Counted from the first letter of the stretch, positions 44,635 through 55,360 are shown. The stretch is 64,000 nt of DNA from Blastopirellula sp. (GCA_002701545.1 NZVR01000152.1:8790-72789); one strand, 5' to 3'. The notes: generated by a model not told the origin, from the letters alone. Translations and numbers: made by a program.

Positions 44635-46104
44635 ATGGAAAATCAGCGAACAACTCGCCGTGATTTTTTTGCCCGCACCAGCGATGGCATCATGGGAGCT
44701 GCGCTGACGCATTTGTTGGCCAACGATTTTTGGGGTGGCACGTCAGCGTTGGCCGAGGATGCAGCGGAGCCGTCGTCTTTCGACCTCAAACCGAAACATC
44801 CTCATCACCCGGCACAAGCGACATCCGTCATTCAACTGTTCATGAATGGCGGTCCGAGTCAGATGGACTTGTTCGATCCCAAACCGCTGCTGACCAAATT
44901 GGACGGGCAGCCGTTTCCGGGCAGTATCGAAGAGATTGGTAACTCGAACACGGCCGACATCGGTGTCATGATGGGCGGTCAGTTCCCCTTCGCTCGGCAC
45001 GGTGACAGCGGGATGTGGATGGCGGACGTGTTGCCCCACACGGCAGCGTTAGCCGATGAGCTCTGTGTGGTGAACTCGATGTGGACCGACCATCCTAACC
45101 ATGACAATGCGCTATACAAAATTCATAGCGGTCGGTTATTCATGGGGTATCCGACGTTGGGTTCCTGGACCGTTTACGGCTTGGGGAGTGAGAATCAGAA
45201 TTTACCTGCTTACGTCGTGCTGAGTGATCCGCTCGGTCTGCCCAAAAATGGGACGCGTAACTGGACTGCCGGGTTTCTACCGCCGCTGTATCAAGGGACG
45301 CGATTGAGGCCCACAGGGTCTCCGCTGTTGAACTTGCAGCCACAGTATGAACAGCCATCCGCGGTGACAGAAGCAGCTCGGGGACTGCTGACGCAACTCG
45401 ACGAGATTCACCGCGAGCAGCGACCGCATTACCCCGAGCTCGATGCACGGATTGAGTCTTACAGTCTGGCGGCCAGGATGCAGATGTCCGCTGGTGAAGC
45501 GCTGGATTTGTCACGTGAATCCCAGCACACGCTGGAGCTGTATGGCGTGGGAGAGCGGTGGACGGATTCCTATGCTCGCCGCTGCCTGTTGGCCCGCCGA
45601 TTGGTGGAACGTGGCGTCCGGTTTGTACAAATTTTTCTCGAAGAGCAGCCGTGGGATAGCCATGCCGACTTGGGGCCGAACCATCAAGGGGCGTGCTTGC
45701 GAACGGACAAGCCGGTCGCCGGGCTGCTGCGCGATTTGAAGCAGCGCGGTCTGTTGGATTCGACTTTGGTCATCTGGGGTGGTGAGTTTGGGCGTACGCC
45801 GACGACCCAGCGATCGGCTAATGGGTACTCAGGTCGTGATCACAACATGCAGGCGTTCACGTCCTGGATGGCCGGCGGTGGCGTGCAAGGAGGTACCACG
45901 TACGGGGCGACAGACGACTTTGGACATCAAGTGGTGGATGCGCCTGTCAGCGTTCATGACTTTCACGCCACGATTTTGCATCTGCTCGGTTTGCATCATC
46001 ATCGCTTGTTCTTTCCACGAAACGGTCTGGAAGAACGTTTGACCGGTTTCGATCCACCTCGCGTGGTACACGAGATTCTCAAAGCTGCCCAGGTGAAGGC
46101 ATGA
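44635..46104 (+). CDS. DUF1501 protein with Tat signal
   Basis: 'TRRDFFARTSDG', 'FMNGGPSQMDLFDPKP' and 'GGEFGRTPT...GRDHN'. Confidence 0.9.
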   Translation: MENQRTTRRDFFARTSDGIMGAALTHLLANDFWGGTSALAEDAAEPSSFDLKPKHPHHPAQATSVIQLFMNGGPSQMDLFDPKPLLTKLDGQPFPGSIEEIGNSNTADIGVMMGGQFPFARHGDSGMWMADVLPHTAALADELCVVNSMWTDHPNHDNALYKIHSGRLFMGYPTLGSWTVYGLGSENQNLPAYVVLSDPLGLPKNGTRNWTAGFLPPLYQGTRLRPTGSPLLNLQPQYEQPSAVTEAARGLLTQLDEIHREQRPHYPELDARIESYSLAARMQMSAGEALDLSRESQHTLELYGVGERWTDSYARRCLLARRLVERGVRFVQIFLEEQPWDSHADLGPNHQGACLRTDKPVAGLLRDLKQRGLLDSTLVIWGGEFGRTPTTQRSANGYSGRDHNMQAFTSWMAGGGVQGGTTYGATDDFGHQVVDAPVSVHDFHATILHLLGLHHHRLFFPRNGLEERLTGFDPPRVVHEILKAAQVKA

Positions 46105-47867
46105 TGCAGCGACGTGAGGTTCTGCGAGCGGCCGCGGGGGCAGGAATTGGGGCGGTGTTGTCTGCCCGTTCCGGACGGACGCGTGCGGACGCGCCCACCA
46201 CGGCCACCGCGCCCTCAATCATCGACACCAACGTCCACCTGTTTCGTTGGCCGTTTCGGCACTTGCCGTTGGAGGATACCGGCGCCTTGGTCAAGCAGTT
46301 GCGTGCACTGGGGGTCGGGGAGGCCTGGGCTGGGAGTTTCTCAGCAATATTGCACCGCGATCTGGGGGAGGTGAATCGACGCTTGGCAGATGCCTGCCGC
46401 CAGTCCAATTTGCTCGTGCCAGTGGGGGCCGTCAACGTGACTTTGCCGAACTGGCAGCACGACGTCCGCGCTTGCTTTGAACAACACCAGATGCCGGGGC
46501 TCCGCTTGTACCCGAATTATCATGGGTACACGCTTGAGGATCCGCGATTCGTGCAACTGATCGGGCTGGCGACGGAAGCGGGGCGATTCGTTCAGATTGC
46601 CAAGACCATGGAAGACAGACGCACGCAAGCTTCGCAGTTGATGGTTCCCGATGTCGATTTAATGCCTTTGCCAAAAGTGATGCGCCGGTTTCGCGGGGCG
46701 CGAGTTCAGATTCTCAACGAGCGGCCGCGAGGACCGTTTGTGGAGATGGTAAAACAAACAGCCGGAGTGTTTCTGGATACGGCCCGTGTGGATAGCACGG
46801 ATGGAGTTCCGAAGCTTGTGAAACAGTTACCTCCGGGGCGCGTTTTGTTTGGATCTCACGCGCCTTTCTTGATACCACAGGCAGCACTGATCCGTACTCA
46901 CGAGTCGTCTCTGTTGGATGATGCCGAGTTGCGTGATGTGTTGCTGGATAATGCGCGCACCTTTTCGACACCGCAAGCAGGTGGTGAGGGAGAGGCGCAA
47001 GGAGAAGCGACAGCGGCGTTCCAGCCCGGGTTGCCTGCCGAGCCGTTATTGGCATCTTATCGCATATGGGATTCTTACTTCACTCCTGCACACAGTCACC
47101 CGGGTCCGGATGGTCAGTCGCGATTGCGGGCCGATATGGTGCGTGCGTTGCCGGCGATCCGTGCAGCAAAAATGGAAAAACTGTGTTACTTTCCGCATGT
47201 CGGCCTGGGAACGACCAGTGATCCCGCATTGGAAACATTACTGCAGACCAAGCCACAGCTCATCACCAAACCACTGGAAGACTTCCCCGAGCAATTGATC
47301 GGGATGATTCAAGTGAATGCCCACGATGTCCGGGCATCGTTAGATGCGATCAACCGCTGGTTACGGGATGGACCGATGTTGGGGGTCTATTTTCCCGGCG
47401 GTGGTCCTGGTGCTCTGGCGTGTTCGCATCGCAATATGAACCCCTTGATCGAACGTATCGCTGACTTGCAGGGGGGCGTGATGCAGCACACCTGGTTCAA
47501 TTCGTTGGGTAAACAAAGTCCTGGGGCATCAACACCTGCTGAGCTGGCGGTGGTGGCCAAGCGTTTTCCTCAACAGAAATTTCTCTGCGCGCATGCGGGA
47601 GGCGAGTGGGAGCAAGGGATTCGTGCTGTGCGTGATCAAGAGAATATTCTCGTAGAAACGTCAGGGTTTGACGCGACAGCGGGTTTTATTGAAATGGCGG
47701 TGCGTGCACTGGGAGCCGAGCGGATTGTGTTTGGGAGTCATTTGCCGTCGCGATCGTTAGGGACGGAGCTGGGTAAAGTCATTGCCGCCAGGATTACGGA
47801 AAAAGAAAAACGTTTGATTCTGGGCGAGAACTACCGTCGCCTGTTACGCCTGTCGGACAAACGATGA
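46101..47867 (+). CDS. Tandem-domain amidohydrolase_2-like (TIM-barrel metal hydrolase) protein with Tat-like signal
   Basis: 'RREVLRAAAGAGIGAVL' signal. 'IIDTNVHLFRWPF' and 'VLFGSHAPF' mark the first barrel, and a second similar half ends 'IVFGSHLPS'. There is a 4-bp ATGA overlap with the upstream DUF1501 gene. Confidence 0.7.
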   Translation: MMQRREVLRAAAGAGIGAVLSARSGRTRADAPTTATAPSIIDTNVHLFRWPFRHLPLEDTGALVKQLRALGVGEAWAGSFSAILHRDLGEVNRRLADACRQSNLLVPVGAVNVTLPNWQHDVRACFEQHQMPGLRLYPNYHGYTLEDPRFVQLIGLATEAGRFVQIAKTMEDRRTQASQLMVPDVDLMPLPKVMRRFRGARVQILNERPRGPFVEMVKQTAGVFLDTARVDSTDGVPKLVKQLPPGRVLFGSHAPFLIPQAALIRTHESSLLDDAELRDVLLDNARTFSTPQAGGEGEAQGEATAAFQPGLPAEPLLASYRIWDSYFTPAHSHPGPDGQSRLRADMVRALPAIRAAKMEKLCYFPHVGLGTTSDPALETLLQTKPQLITKPLEDFPEQLIGMIQVNAHDVRASLDAINRWLRDGPMLGVYFPGGGPGALACSHRNMNPLIERIADLQGGVMQHTWFNSLGKQSPGASTPAELAVVAKRFPQQKFLCAHAGGEWEQGIRAVRDQENILVETSGFDATAGFIEMAVRALGAERIVFGSHLPSRSLGTELGKVIAARITEKEKRLILGENYRRLLRLSDKR

Positions 47868-47998
47868 ACATAGGTTGGAGGCCACGTGCGACGTGAACGC
47901 TTCTTGGTCTTGGCAAGAGGATTGGAATTTGTGTCAAGGCAGGCGAGGACATTGGGGAATGACCGTCTCGCCTGCGCTTGGCCAAGTGGAGTACCAGA

Positions 47999-48970
47999 AT
48001 GAAATGTGAATATGGTTTGCGGCATCTGGCAACCTCGCTGGGTAGCTTGATTTTACTCGGAATGGTGTTGGCGACCTCGGTGTCGGCTGCGCCGCAACCG
48101 GCGGGTAGCGAAAAGAAGCCCGCGAAAAAACCGACGAAGCCTTTCCGTTGGGTGAACCCTTTGCCGAAAGGGAAATGGCCTGCGGGACTTCAGCACGCCA
48201 CCTTTCAGAGTCCTTCGATGAAAACCCAGGTTGGCTACTGCATTTACTTGCCGCCGGATTACCGGGCGAAGTCGAACGCTGGCAAGCGATTTCCGGTGGT
48301 GTATTACCTCCATGGTGGACGCCCTGGAAGCGAGGCCAAGTCGGTGCATCTGACGACAGAGATTGATCGAGCGATGAAACGGGGTGATGTGCCCGGGATG
48401 ATTTACGTGTTTGTGAATGGTGGGAAGGTCAGCCACTACAACACGCCGCAATTCGATTCCTTGGGCGAAGACGTCTTTGTTCGAGAACTGATTCCGCATG
48501 TGGACGCCACATATCGAACGATTGCCGCTCGCGCGGGGCGCGGTTTGGAAGGGTTTTCCCAAGGGGGGCGTGGTACGACGCGGATCATGTTTCGCCATCC
48601 GCAACTCTTTGCGTCTTGTGCTCCGGGAGGTGCTGGGTATGCGACCGAGAAGTTGATTTCCGAAAATCAGGGTCGGGAAAATGATCGGCTGACCTTCGCT
48701 GTGGGGGACAATACCTGGGACCTCGCCCGCAAATACGCTCGCCGCCCCCAACCTCGGATCAAGATCCTGGTGCATGTGGGAACCGACGGTTTTAACTATG
48801 ACAACAACCTCGAATACATGCGTTTTTTAACGTCACTGAAGATTCCTTACCAACGCTTGATCGTGCCTGGTGTTCCGCACAGTGCGAAGAAGATCTATCA
48901 GAAAAGTGGGCTCGAATTGATGCGTTTTCATGCCAAAAACTTTGGTCTTTTGACGGAACCACCAGGTTGA
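47999..48970 (+). CDS. Secreted alpha/beta-hydrolase esterase (esterase D / CE1-like)
   Basis: Signal peptide. 'FPVVYYLHGG' and 'GFSQGG' (nucleophile elbow GxSxG) are typical of the putative-esterase family. Confidence 0.75.
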   Translation: MKCEYGLRHLATSLGSLILLGMVLATSVSAAPQPAGSEKKPAKKPTKPFRWVNPLPKGKWPAGLQHATFQSPSMKTQVGYCIYLPPDYRAKSNAGKRFPVVYYLHGGRPGSEAKSVHLTTEIDRAMKRGDVPGMIYVFVNGGKVSHYNTPQFDSLGEDVFVRELIPHVDATYRTIAARAGRGLEGFSQGGRGTTRIMFRHPQLFASCAPGGAGYATEKLISENQGRENDRLTFAVGDNTWDLARKYARRPQPRIKILVHVGTDGFNYDNNLEYMRFLTSLKIPYQRLIVPGVPHSAKKIYQKSGLELMRFHAKNFGLLTEPPG

Positions 48971-49030
48971 ACTGGTAACATACGACTCGGTGCGCGCGAT
49001 CGAGAACATCTTGGATGCAAGGAGACGAAT

Positions 49031-50704
49031 GTGTCACGTCATTCCGTTACGGCGTTGGGCATGGTTTGGCTGGTATTCTCGTCAGTCGGATTTGCCGACG
49101 ACCAGCTGATTGCACATTGGAAGTTGGCCTCCGATGCTCGGGATTCGGTCGGGCAGCACCATGCTATCCAACACGGTGGCGTGGACTTTCAAGAGCAATG
49201 TGCCGTGTTTGATGGCATCGACGGCTGGCTGGAAGTTCCTGCGGTCGATCGTTTGAAGTTGGGTCGCCAGGACTTTTCGCTGGCGATGTGGATTCACACT
49301 GCGCGGCAATTGGACGATGTGCTTGGCGACGTCGTGACGTGTTACGACCCGGAGACGCGCAATGGTTTCAACTTGACTCTGATGAATTATTCCGGGGTCA
49401 CATCCGCTCAATCCAATTGGCGAAATCTTTTGTTTGGTATCGACGCGGGCCAGATCGACTCGGAGTGGAACGACTGTGGCCGTCCGGGGACCAATCAGCA
49501 AGTGAAGTCATTGGTGGTGTACCGCGGCGGTTTGTATGCTGCCGTTTGGGAGCCGGGCAAAGATCAGGCGGGACATGTATATCGTTACGCAGGAGGGACT
49601 CGATGGGTGGATTGTGGTAGTCCGGATCCCGCTAATGCGATGACTGGGATGGCGGTTTTCGATGGCAGGCTGTATGCCGGTTCCGAGTTGTATAGTGGCG
49701 GCGGCTCTTCGTTGCCACTTTCACCGAATGAAAATCACGGTGGACGCGTCTACCGTTATGAGGGAGGGACACGTTGGACAGACGTTGGCAAGATTGCCGA
49801 CGTGCGAAGTGTCAGCGGTTTAGCTAGTTTTCAGGGGCAGTTGTATGCCGGGACAGGGACGACGGGCGCTTGGCGCGATTCGCCGCGGACACGCGGGATG
49901 TATCGTTACGCCGGTGGCGACCAATGGGTCTCCTGTGGCTGCCCTGGGACACGGATTGTGCATTTAAGCGTACACAACGGTTCCCTGTTTGGACTCAGCT
50001 ATGACGATGGTGGCTTCTTTCGTTATCTGGGAGGCACGCGCTGGGAGCAGTTGGGTCCGGTGCCGGATACCACGCAAGTTTACGCGACTGCGGTTTACCA
50101 GGGTCAGATCCACGCAGCCACTTGGCCCACCGGTTCCGTATTTCGATACGAGGGTCCGCAGCAGTGGACCCATACCGGCAGACTCGGCCAGGAAAAGGAA
50201 GTGATGGGCATGGCTGTTTATAACGGCAAGCTGTATGCCGGTACCCTGCCCTTGGCTCGGGTGTATCGTTATGACGGCGAAAATCGTTGGGTCTCCACCG
50301 GGCAACTCGATACAACTCCCGACGTGCGTTATCGACGCGCTTGGGTGACTGCGGTTTATGACGGCAAGCTGTTTTGTGGCGTGTTGCCGTCCGGGCGTGT
50401 TCGTTCGCTGGAGGCTGGTAAGAGTGTGACGTATGACCATGCTTTGCAACCCGGTTGGCGGCACATCGCGGCCGTTCGCAATAAGAACGTTTTGCAACTT
50501 TATGTCGATGGCAAGCGCGTTGCTGTCAGTAGCCGCTTCGCGCCGGAGCAATTCGATCTCGATGCCGGTCAGTCGCTCAAGATCGGTTTCGGGCAACATG
50601 ATCATTTCAATGGCAAGATGAGAGATTTGCGTTTGTATCGCCGTGCGTTGTCAGGTGCGGAAATCGCCAAGCTTGCTCAGGCAGGAGAGGGTTCAAATGA
50701 CTAA
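49031..50704 (+). CDS. Secreted LamG/concanavalin-like lectin-fold protein interrupted by a beta-propeller-like repeat region
   Basis: N-terminal 'AHWKL..DARDSVG...FDGIDGWLEV...DFSLAMWIH' and C-terminal 'LQLYVDGKRVA...FNGKMRDLRLYRRALSGAEI' are the two halves of a LamG jelly-roll. Between them are at least six repeats of the type 'VYRYxGGTRWxxxG...LY(A)G'. Confidence 0.7.
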   Translation: MSRHSVTALGMVWLVFSSVGFADDQLIAHWKLASDARDSVGQHHAIQHGGVDFQEQCAVFDGIDGWLEVPAVDRLKLGRQDFSLAMWIHTARQLDDVLGDVVTCYDPETRNGFNLTLMNYSGVTSAQSNWRNLLFGIDAGQIDSEWNDCGRPGTNQQVKSLVVYRGGLYAAVWEPGKDQAGHVYRYAGGTRWVDCGSPDPANAMTGMAVFDGRLYAGSELYSGGGSSLPLSPNENHGGRVYRYEGGTRWTDVGKIADVRSVSGLASFQGQLYAGTGTTGAWRDSPRTRGMYRYAGGDQWVSCGCPGTRIVHLSVHNGSLFGLSYDDGGFFRYLGGTRWEQLGPVPDTTQVYATAVYQGQIHAATWPTGSVFRYEGPQQWTHTGRLGQEKEVMGMAVYNGKLYAGTLPLARVYRYDGENRWVSTGQLDTTPDVRYRRAWVTAVYDGKLFCGVLPSGRVRSLEAGKSVTYDHALQPGWRHIAAVRNKNVLQLYVDGKRVAVSSRFAPEQFDLDAGQSLKIGFGQHDHFNGKMRDLRLYRRALSGAEIAKLAQAGEGSND

Positions 50705-52205
50705 TCGGATGACTGCCCCGCGGCGATCCATCTCCCGCAGCAGGGTTCTGTCTGCAGGGGTGCTGCTTATCGGTTGGCTGGTTACAGCGCAGGCATGGAG
50801 TGCTGATGGCTTGTTGGTTGGAGTTGCCGAAACGGATGTGACGCCGCCGACGGGGTTTCCGATCGCCGGGTACTACCACGAACGTTTGGCCACGGGAACA
50901 CTGGATCCTCTGAAAGCCAAAGCGATCGTATTTCGCGATGGCGAAACACGTGCTGCGTTGGTGGTGTGTGACTTGGGTGCCATCGCGGCGGACCTCAGTC
51001 GTGAAGTCAGGAACAAGGCGGCTGAGCGTACGGGCATTCCGGTGCAGAATATGGTGATTGCAGCGACGCACTCGCACACCGCACCGGATTATTTTAAAGA
51101 TCTCTATCTGTACTTGGCGGGACGTCAGGATCATAAGTTGCGGAGCGACTACGTTGCCCGTTTGATTGACGGTATTGTGCAAGCCATTGTGGTTGCAGAC
51201 GAGGCAGTCAAGCCGGTGCGGTTGGAGGCAGGGACTGTTCGGCAGCAAGTCCCTGTGGCGTTCAATCGTCGCTTTGTCATGAAAGATGGAACTGCCCGGA
51301 CGTGGGCCAAGCTGACGCAGCCCAATGTGATCCGTGCCGCGGGTCCGATTGATCCACAGATCAGTCTCCTGAAGGTAAGCTCGCCAGACGGACGTTCTAC
51401 CCGTGGCGTTGTGAGTAATTTTGCGCTTCACCTTGATACGGTTGGCGGGCTGAAGTGGAGCGCGGACTATCCTTATTTCATAGAACAGAAGATTCGGCAG
51501 AAATTGGGTGGGGAGGTGGTTTCCCTGTTTTCTACCGGTTGCTGCGGCGACATTAATCATTCCGATCCCACTCGGACGGAACGCAACAAGACCGATTTTA
51601 TCGGGAACGCTTTGGGTCAAACGATGGTCGGTAAGCTGGGAAGTCTCCGACCGCTGGAGGAAACCGAGTTGCGTGTGCATTCGGCGGTTGTCCCGCTTCC
51701 ACTGGCTGAAGTCACGCAAGACCAAGTCGATCGAGCGGTGGAGATTTTGACGGCGGCCAAGCGGCAAGAGAAGGTTGACTTTTATGAACAAGTTGCCGCT
51801 TACAAGCACATCATCCTCGATCAACTTCGCAATCGTTCGCCGCGCGTCAAGCCCGAGGCGTTTGTTTCCTGGGGATTGTCTCACTGTTGGGCGGGCGTCG
51901 GAGAGGCGTTGCCGGTCGAAATCCAGGTGATCGCGCTGGGTGACGAAGTGGCGTTGGTTTGCCTTCCGGGTGAAGTCTTTGTCGGATTGGGGCTGGCTAT
52001 CAAGCAGGGGTCGCCCTTCCGCACGACATTGGTTGTCGAGTTGTCAGGATGCGCGGAAACGTTGTACATTCCCACGCGCGCGGCGTTTGCTCAGGGGAGC
52101 TATGAAGTGACGAACTCGGCATTGCAGCCCGGGGCCGGGGAAATGTTGGTCGAGGGGGCACTGAAGCTGCTGCGTCAGGCCGCGTCTGAGGGTGAATCAC
52201 CGTGA
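50697..52205 (+). CDS. Neutral/alkaline ceramidase-like hydrolase (N-terminal domain family)
   Basis: 'GVAETDVTPPTGFPIAGYYHER', 'ATHSHTAPD' and 'CCGDINH' resemble the non-lysosomal ceramidase family. ATG 50697 overlaps the upstream stop by 8 bp. Confidence 0.7.
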   Translation: MTNRMTAPRRSISRSRVLSAGVLLIGWLVTAQAWSADGLLVGVAETDVTPPTGFPIAGYYHERLATGTLDPLKAKAIVFRDGETRAALVVCDLGAIAADLSREVRNKAAERTGIPVQNMVIAATHSHTAPDYFKDLYLYLAGRQDHKLRSDYVARLIDGIVQAIVVADEAVKPVRLEAGTVRQQVPVAFNRRFVMKDGTARTWAKLTQPNVIRAAGPIDPQISLLKVSSPDGRSTRGVVSNFALHLDTVGGLKWSADYPYFIEQKIRQKLGGEVVSLFSTGCCGDINHSDPTRTERNKTDFIGNALGQTMVGKLGSLRPLEETELRVHSAVVPLPLAEVTQDQVDRAVEILTAAKRQEKVDFYEQVAAYKHIILDQLRNRSPRVKPEAFVSWGLSHCWAGVGEALPVEIQVIALGDEVALVCLPGEVFVGLGLAIKQGSPFRTTLVVELSGCAETLYIPTRAAFAQGSYEVTNSALQPGAGEMLVEGALKLLRQAASEGESP

Positions 52206-52435
52206 CTTTTGGCGAAAGACGCGAAACGAGCGGTGGTCGTTGTGCCCGATTCACCGTGACAGTATCCGGCGTGCCTGCTATTCTCCGGCTGTGATGCTTC
52301 TCCAATTCATGACCCTGATTGACATCTTGCGAGCTTTTCCCACGGTGATCGGTTACGATACGGGTGCGTGCGATGGTCTTGCGCTGCCCAATCGGGTGTA
52401 GTCAATTTCCAGCTTGTTCCGTGGCAGAATGCGAA

Positions 52436-55360
52436 ATGAACGTTTTGCGTTACTTGCTCATATCAACAGTTCTCGTCTTGTGTAGTGCAAGTCTTGGAAC
52501 AACGTTGGCTCAAGGCCCCTCAAGGTCGCCGCGCGAGATAATTAAAGCATCCGAACGGATCATCGAGGGCGATCGCAAGCGAGGAGTCGATACAAAGGCC
52601 AGCATTTATTACTTCTTGTCGAGCGCTCATCTTCAAGTTGGTACGCCTGACGAAGCGTTGAAGGCGATTTTGACGGGGCGAGAAGTTGCAGCAAAGAATG
52701 GCGAAGACCTGGTGACCGCAAATCTGATTTTGCTGCAGTCCGTGGCTTTGAATCAGTTGGATCGCAGCGAGGAGGGGGTCGCCGTCTTACGAGAAGGGTT
52801 GAAGCTGTCTCGTGAACTTGGGAATCGTCGCCTGGAAGTAAAAATGCAGACCGAATTGGGTAGCAATTTGTTCCAGCTAACACAAAGTAGCGAGGCCGTT
52901 GCTGCGTACGGCCGGGCCATCCGGTTGGCGAATGATATTGGTGACCAGGAACTCGCTACGCCAGCCAAGTTGAACCTCGTGACGCTGTTGTCGGACTTCG
53001 CGACGGAAGATATGGCCGTCGATAAGTTGAAAGAGATGCTGCAGCAGGCGAATCGCACAAAGAACCCCCTCTGGCGGTGTTCGATCGAATTAAATCTCGC
53101 ATCTTCTTTGGCTGACGTCGGTCGGTTTGACGAGGCCAAGAAACACATTCGTAGTGTGCAGGAACAGTTGCAGGTCAGTGATAACCACTTTCTGTCAGCG
53201 ACTGCCTGGTTCAACTTGGCAGTGATTTACGAGCATGAAGGGAATGCGGACGCCGCCGCACGCTGTTTGGAGGCCGCGCATTTTCAAGCCCAGCTTGGTG
53301 GCAGGAAGGAACTCTCGGATGCGATTCAGCAAAAGATTGCCCTGAATAACCTCAATAGTATTACGACGCTGGATGCCTTCGTAGGCAACCTCGAAGACCA
53401 GTTAGATGAAAAACCGCCGCGGCAGCGCCGTCGCGAGATCTTGCAGGCACTCGCGGAATGCGAGGCACTGCGGGGTAATTGGCGGCGCGTAGCGAGCTAT
53501 CAAACCGAACTGTACCGGCTGTCCAAAACGCAAAATGTGAAGACGATTCAAGCGGAAGTAAACGACCTGCTCGAGCAGCTCGAAGTACAACAGCGCGAAC
53601 TCCGGATCGCGGTCGAACAATCCGCACGGTTGATTGCCGAGAATCGCGTGGAAAAACAATTGCGCAAGTCGCAGTTGGGCGCGACACGACTCTCCTATGG
53701 CTTGCTGGCAGCCGTCTTATGCTGTGTCACTCTGGTGATTTGGGTGCTGGTGCGACGTGCATTCATTCGACGCTGGACATTGTCCCAAAAGCAAGTTGAA
53801 GGTGTCTTGCGTACGGCTAACAAGACTTGGAAAACTACGTTTGATGCGTTGGATGACGCCGTCTGTACGGTCACCGAGGATGGGAGTATCGAATTATTTA
53901 ACAATGCCTTTGAAGAGCTTTTCAGTGCGAGTCTGCAGCAGCACGCGGACCTGAGCGTTGATGATCTCATCGCCCATTACTTTGACAAAGATGATGTGCC
54001 CTTTAAAGGAATCAGAAAACTACGATATGGAAGTGATGGGTTTGAGAAGTGGTTTCGCATCGACAGACTCGCGTTACCGTCTGGCAGCGAACCTATGGGG
54101 GAAGTCGATTCGATTCTCGTGATTCGCGATGTGTCTGCCGATATCCGAATTCGTGAAACGATGTTGGCGAGTCAGCGTGCGGCCGAAGACGCCACGAAGG
54201 TGAAATCGGAATTCGTGGCGATTGTAAGTCATGAACTGCGCACGCCATTGGCTGCGATCTGCGGTGCGATTGATTTGATCCGTGAGGAATGCGAACTCAC
54301 GGCGGCCAGTGACCCGCTGTTTGATGCGATTTCAAACGCCTCGCTGCGGTTGTCACGTTTGATTGACGACCTGTTGGACTATTCCAGTATTGAGCGTGGC
54401 AAAATCATTTTGACAAATGCTCCGTTCAATCTGGTGCAAACGGTGGAAGATTGTGTACGCCCCATCGCCCACCTGCGACCGGATCTCGACGTGATCCTGA
54501 ATGTGGACAAGCCTGTTCCCAAGTTCTTGTTGGGTGATGTTGTGCGGTACTCTCAGGTATTGTCCAACTTGCTGGCAAATGCTGAACGTGCGACGGACGT
54601 CGGGCGAATCAAGATCAACATTACGGCCAATTTTCCGACGAATCAGGGTGTGGAGTTGGTTACGGAGATTGAGGATACGGGAATTGGCATTCCTCTAGAA
54701 AAGCAACAGCGGGTATTTGAACCTTTTGAGCAGGCAAGTTGTTCTGACCGGCGGAGGAACGGCGGTGCGGGGCTTGGATTGGCGATCTGCAAAAGTCTGA
54801 CTCAAGCGATGGGCGGAGAGATCACGATGGCCAGCGCGCCCGACTCTGGAAGTACCTTTTCTTTTTCCACCCGCTTTGGCATCGTGGACGAATCGAGGGT
54901 GGTGGAAGATGGCGCGCCGGCAGAACAGAGCCAACTCCGCGTCCTGGTGGTGGATGATGATAAGATCTGCCGGATGATCACTGCGCGGCTGGTCGAGAGC
55001 TTGGGACATCAGGTCATGACTGCCGCAAGCGGTGTGGAGGCCATTCAAATGGGCGCGGTCGAACTGGCTACGTTCGATTTGATCATCATGGACCTGATGA
55101 TGCCAGGTATGACCGGCTTTGAGGCAGCAGCCAAGATTCGGACCTGGGCGGCTGCCGACGATTTGCCCATCTTTGCTTTGACTGCGAAGACCGGAGCTGC
55201 TGATCGGCAGACATCCCGGTCAGCTGGGATCAACGCCTATCTGGTGAAACCGTTGACCCGCGACCAACTGGCCGCGAAGCTTGCACTCGTGAATCCGAAA
55301 GTGCGGACTGCTGACCAATTGCAGCAAGAATCGCTGGTCAGTTCGAGAGCGGCAAGCTGA
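52436..55360 (+). CDS. Hybrid sensor histidine kinase/response regulator with N-terminal TPR-like region and PAS domain
   Basis: Signal/TM, a TPR-like helical region, a coiled coil and a second TM (LLAAVLCCVTLVIWVLV). Then a PAS-like segment, HisKA 'FVAIVSHELRTPL', HATPase 'GGAGLGLAICK' and REC 'VLVVDDD...DLIIMDLMMPGM...K'. Confidence 0.9.
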   Translation: MNVLRYLLISTVLVLCSASLGTTLAQGPSRSPREIIKASERIIEGDRKRGVDTKASIYYFLSSAHLQVGTPDEALKAILTGREVAAKNGEDLVTANLILLQSVALNQLDRSEEGVAVLREGLKLSRELGNRRLEVKMQTELGSNLFQLTQSSEAVAAYGRAIRLANDIGDQELATPAKLNLVTLLSDFATEDMAVDKLKEMLQQANRTKNPLWRCSIELNLASSLADVGRFDEAKKHIRSVQEQLQVSDNHFLSATAWFNLAVIYEHEGNADAAARCLEAAHFQAQLGGRKELSDAIQQKIALNNLNSITTLDAFVGNLEDQLDEKPPRQRRREILQALAECEALRGNWRRVASYQTELYRLSKTQNVKTIQAEVNDLLEQLEVQQRELRIAVEQSARLIAENRVEKQLRKSQLGATRLSYGLLAAVLCCVTLVIWVLVRRAFIRRWTLSQKQVEGVLRTANKTWKTTFDALDDAVCTVTEDGSIELFNNAFEELFSASLQQHADLSVDDLIAHYFDKDDVPFKGIRKLRYGSDGFEKWFRIDRLALPSGSEPMGEVDSILVIRDVSADIRIRETMLASQRAAEDATKVKSEFVAIVSHELRTPLAAICGAIDLIREECELTAASDPLFDAISNASLRLSRLIDDLLDYSSIERGKIILTNAPFNLVQTVEDCVRPIAHLRPDLDVILNVDKPVPKFLLGDVVRYSQVLSNLLANAERATDVGRIKINITANFPTNQGVELVTEIEDTGIGIPLEKQQRVFEPFEQASCSDRRRNGGAGLGLAICKSLTQAMGGEITMASAPDSGSTFSFSTRFGIVDESRVVEDGAPAEQSQLRVLVVDDDKICRMITARLVESLGHQVMTAASGVEAIQMGAVELATFDLIIMDLMMPGMTGFEAAAKIRTWAAADDLPIFALTAKTGAADRQTSRSAGINAYLVKPLTRDQLAAKLALVNPKVRTADQLQQESLVSSRAAS

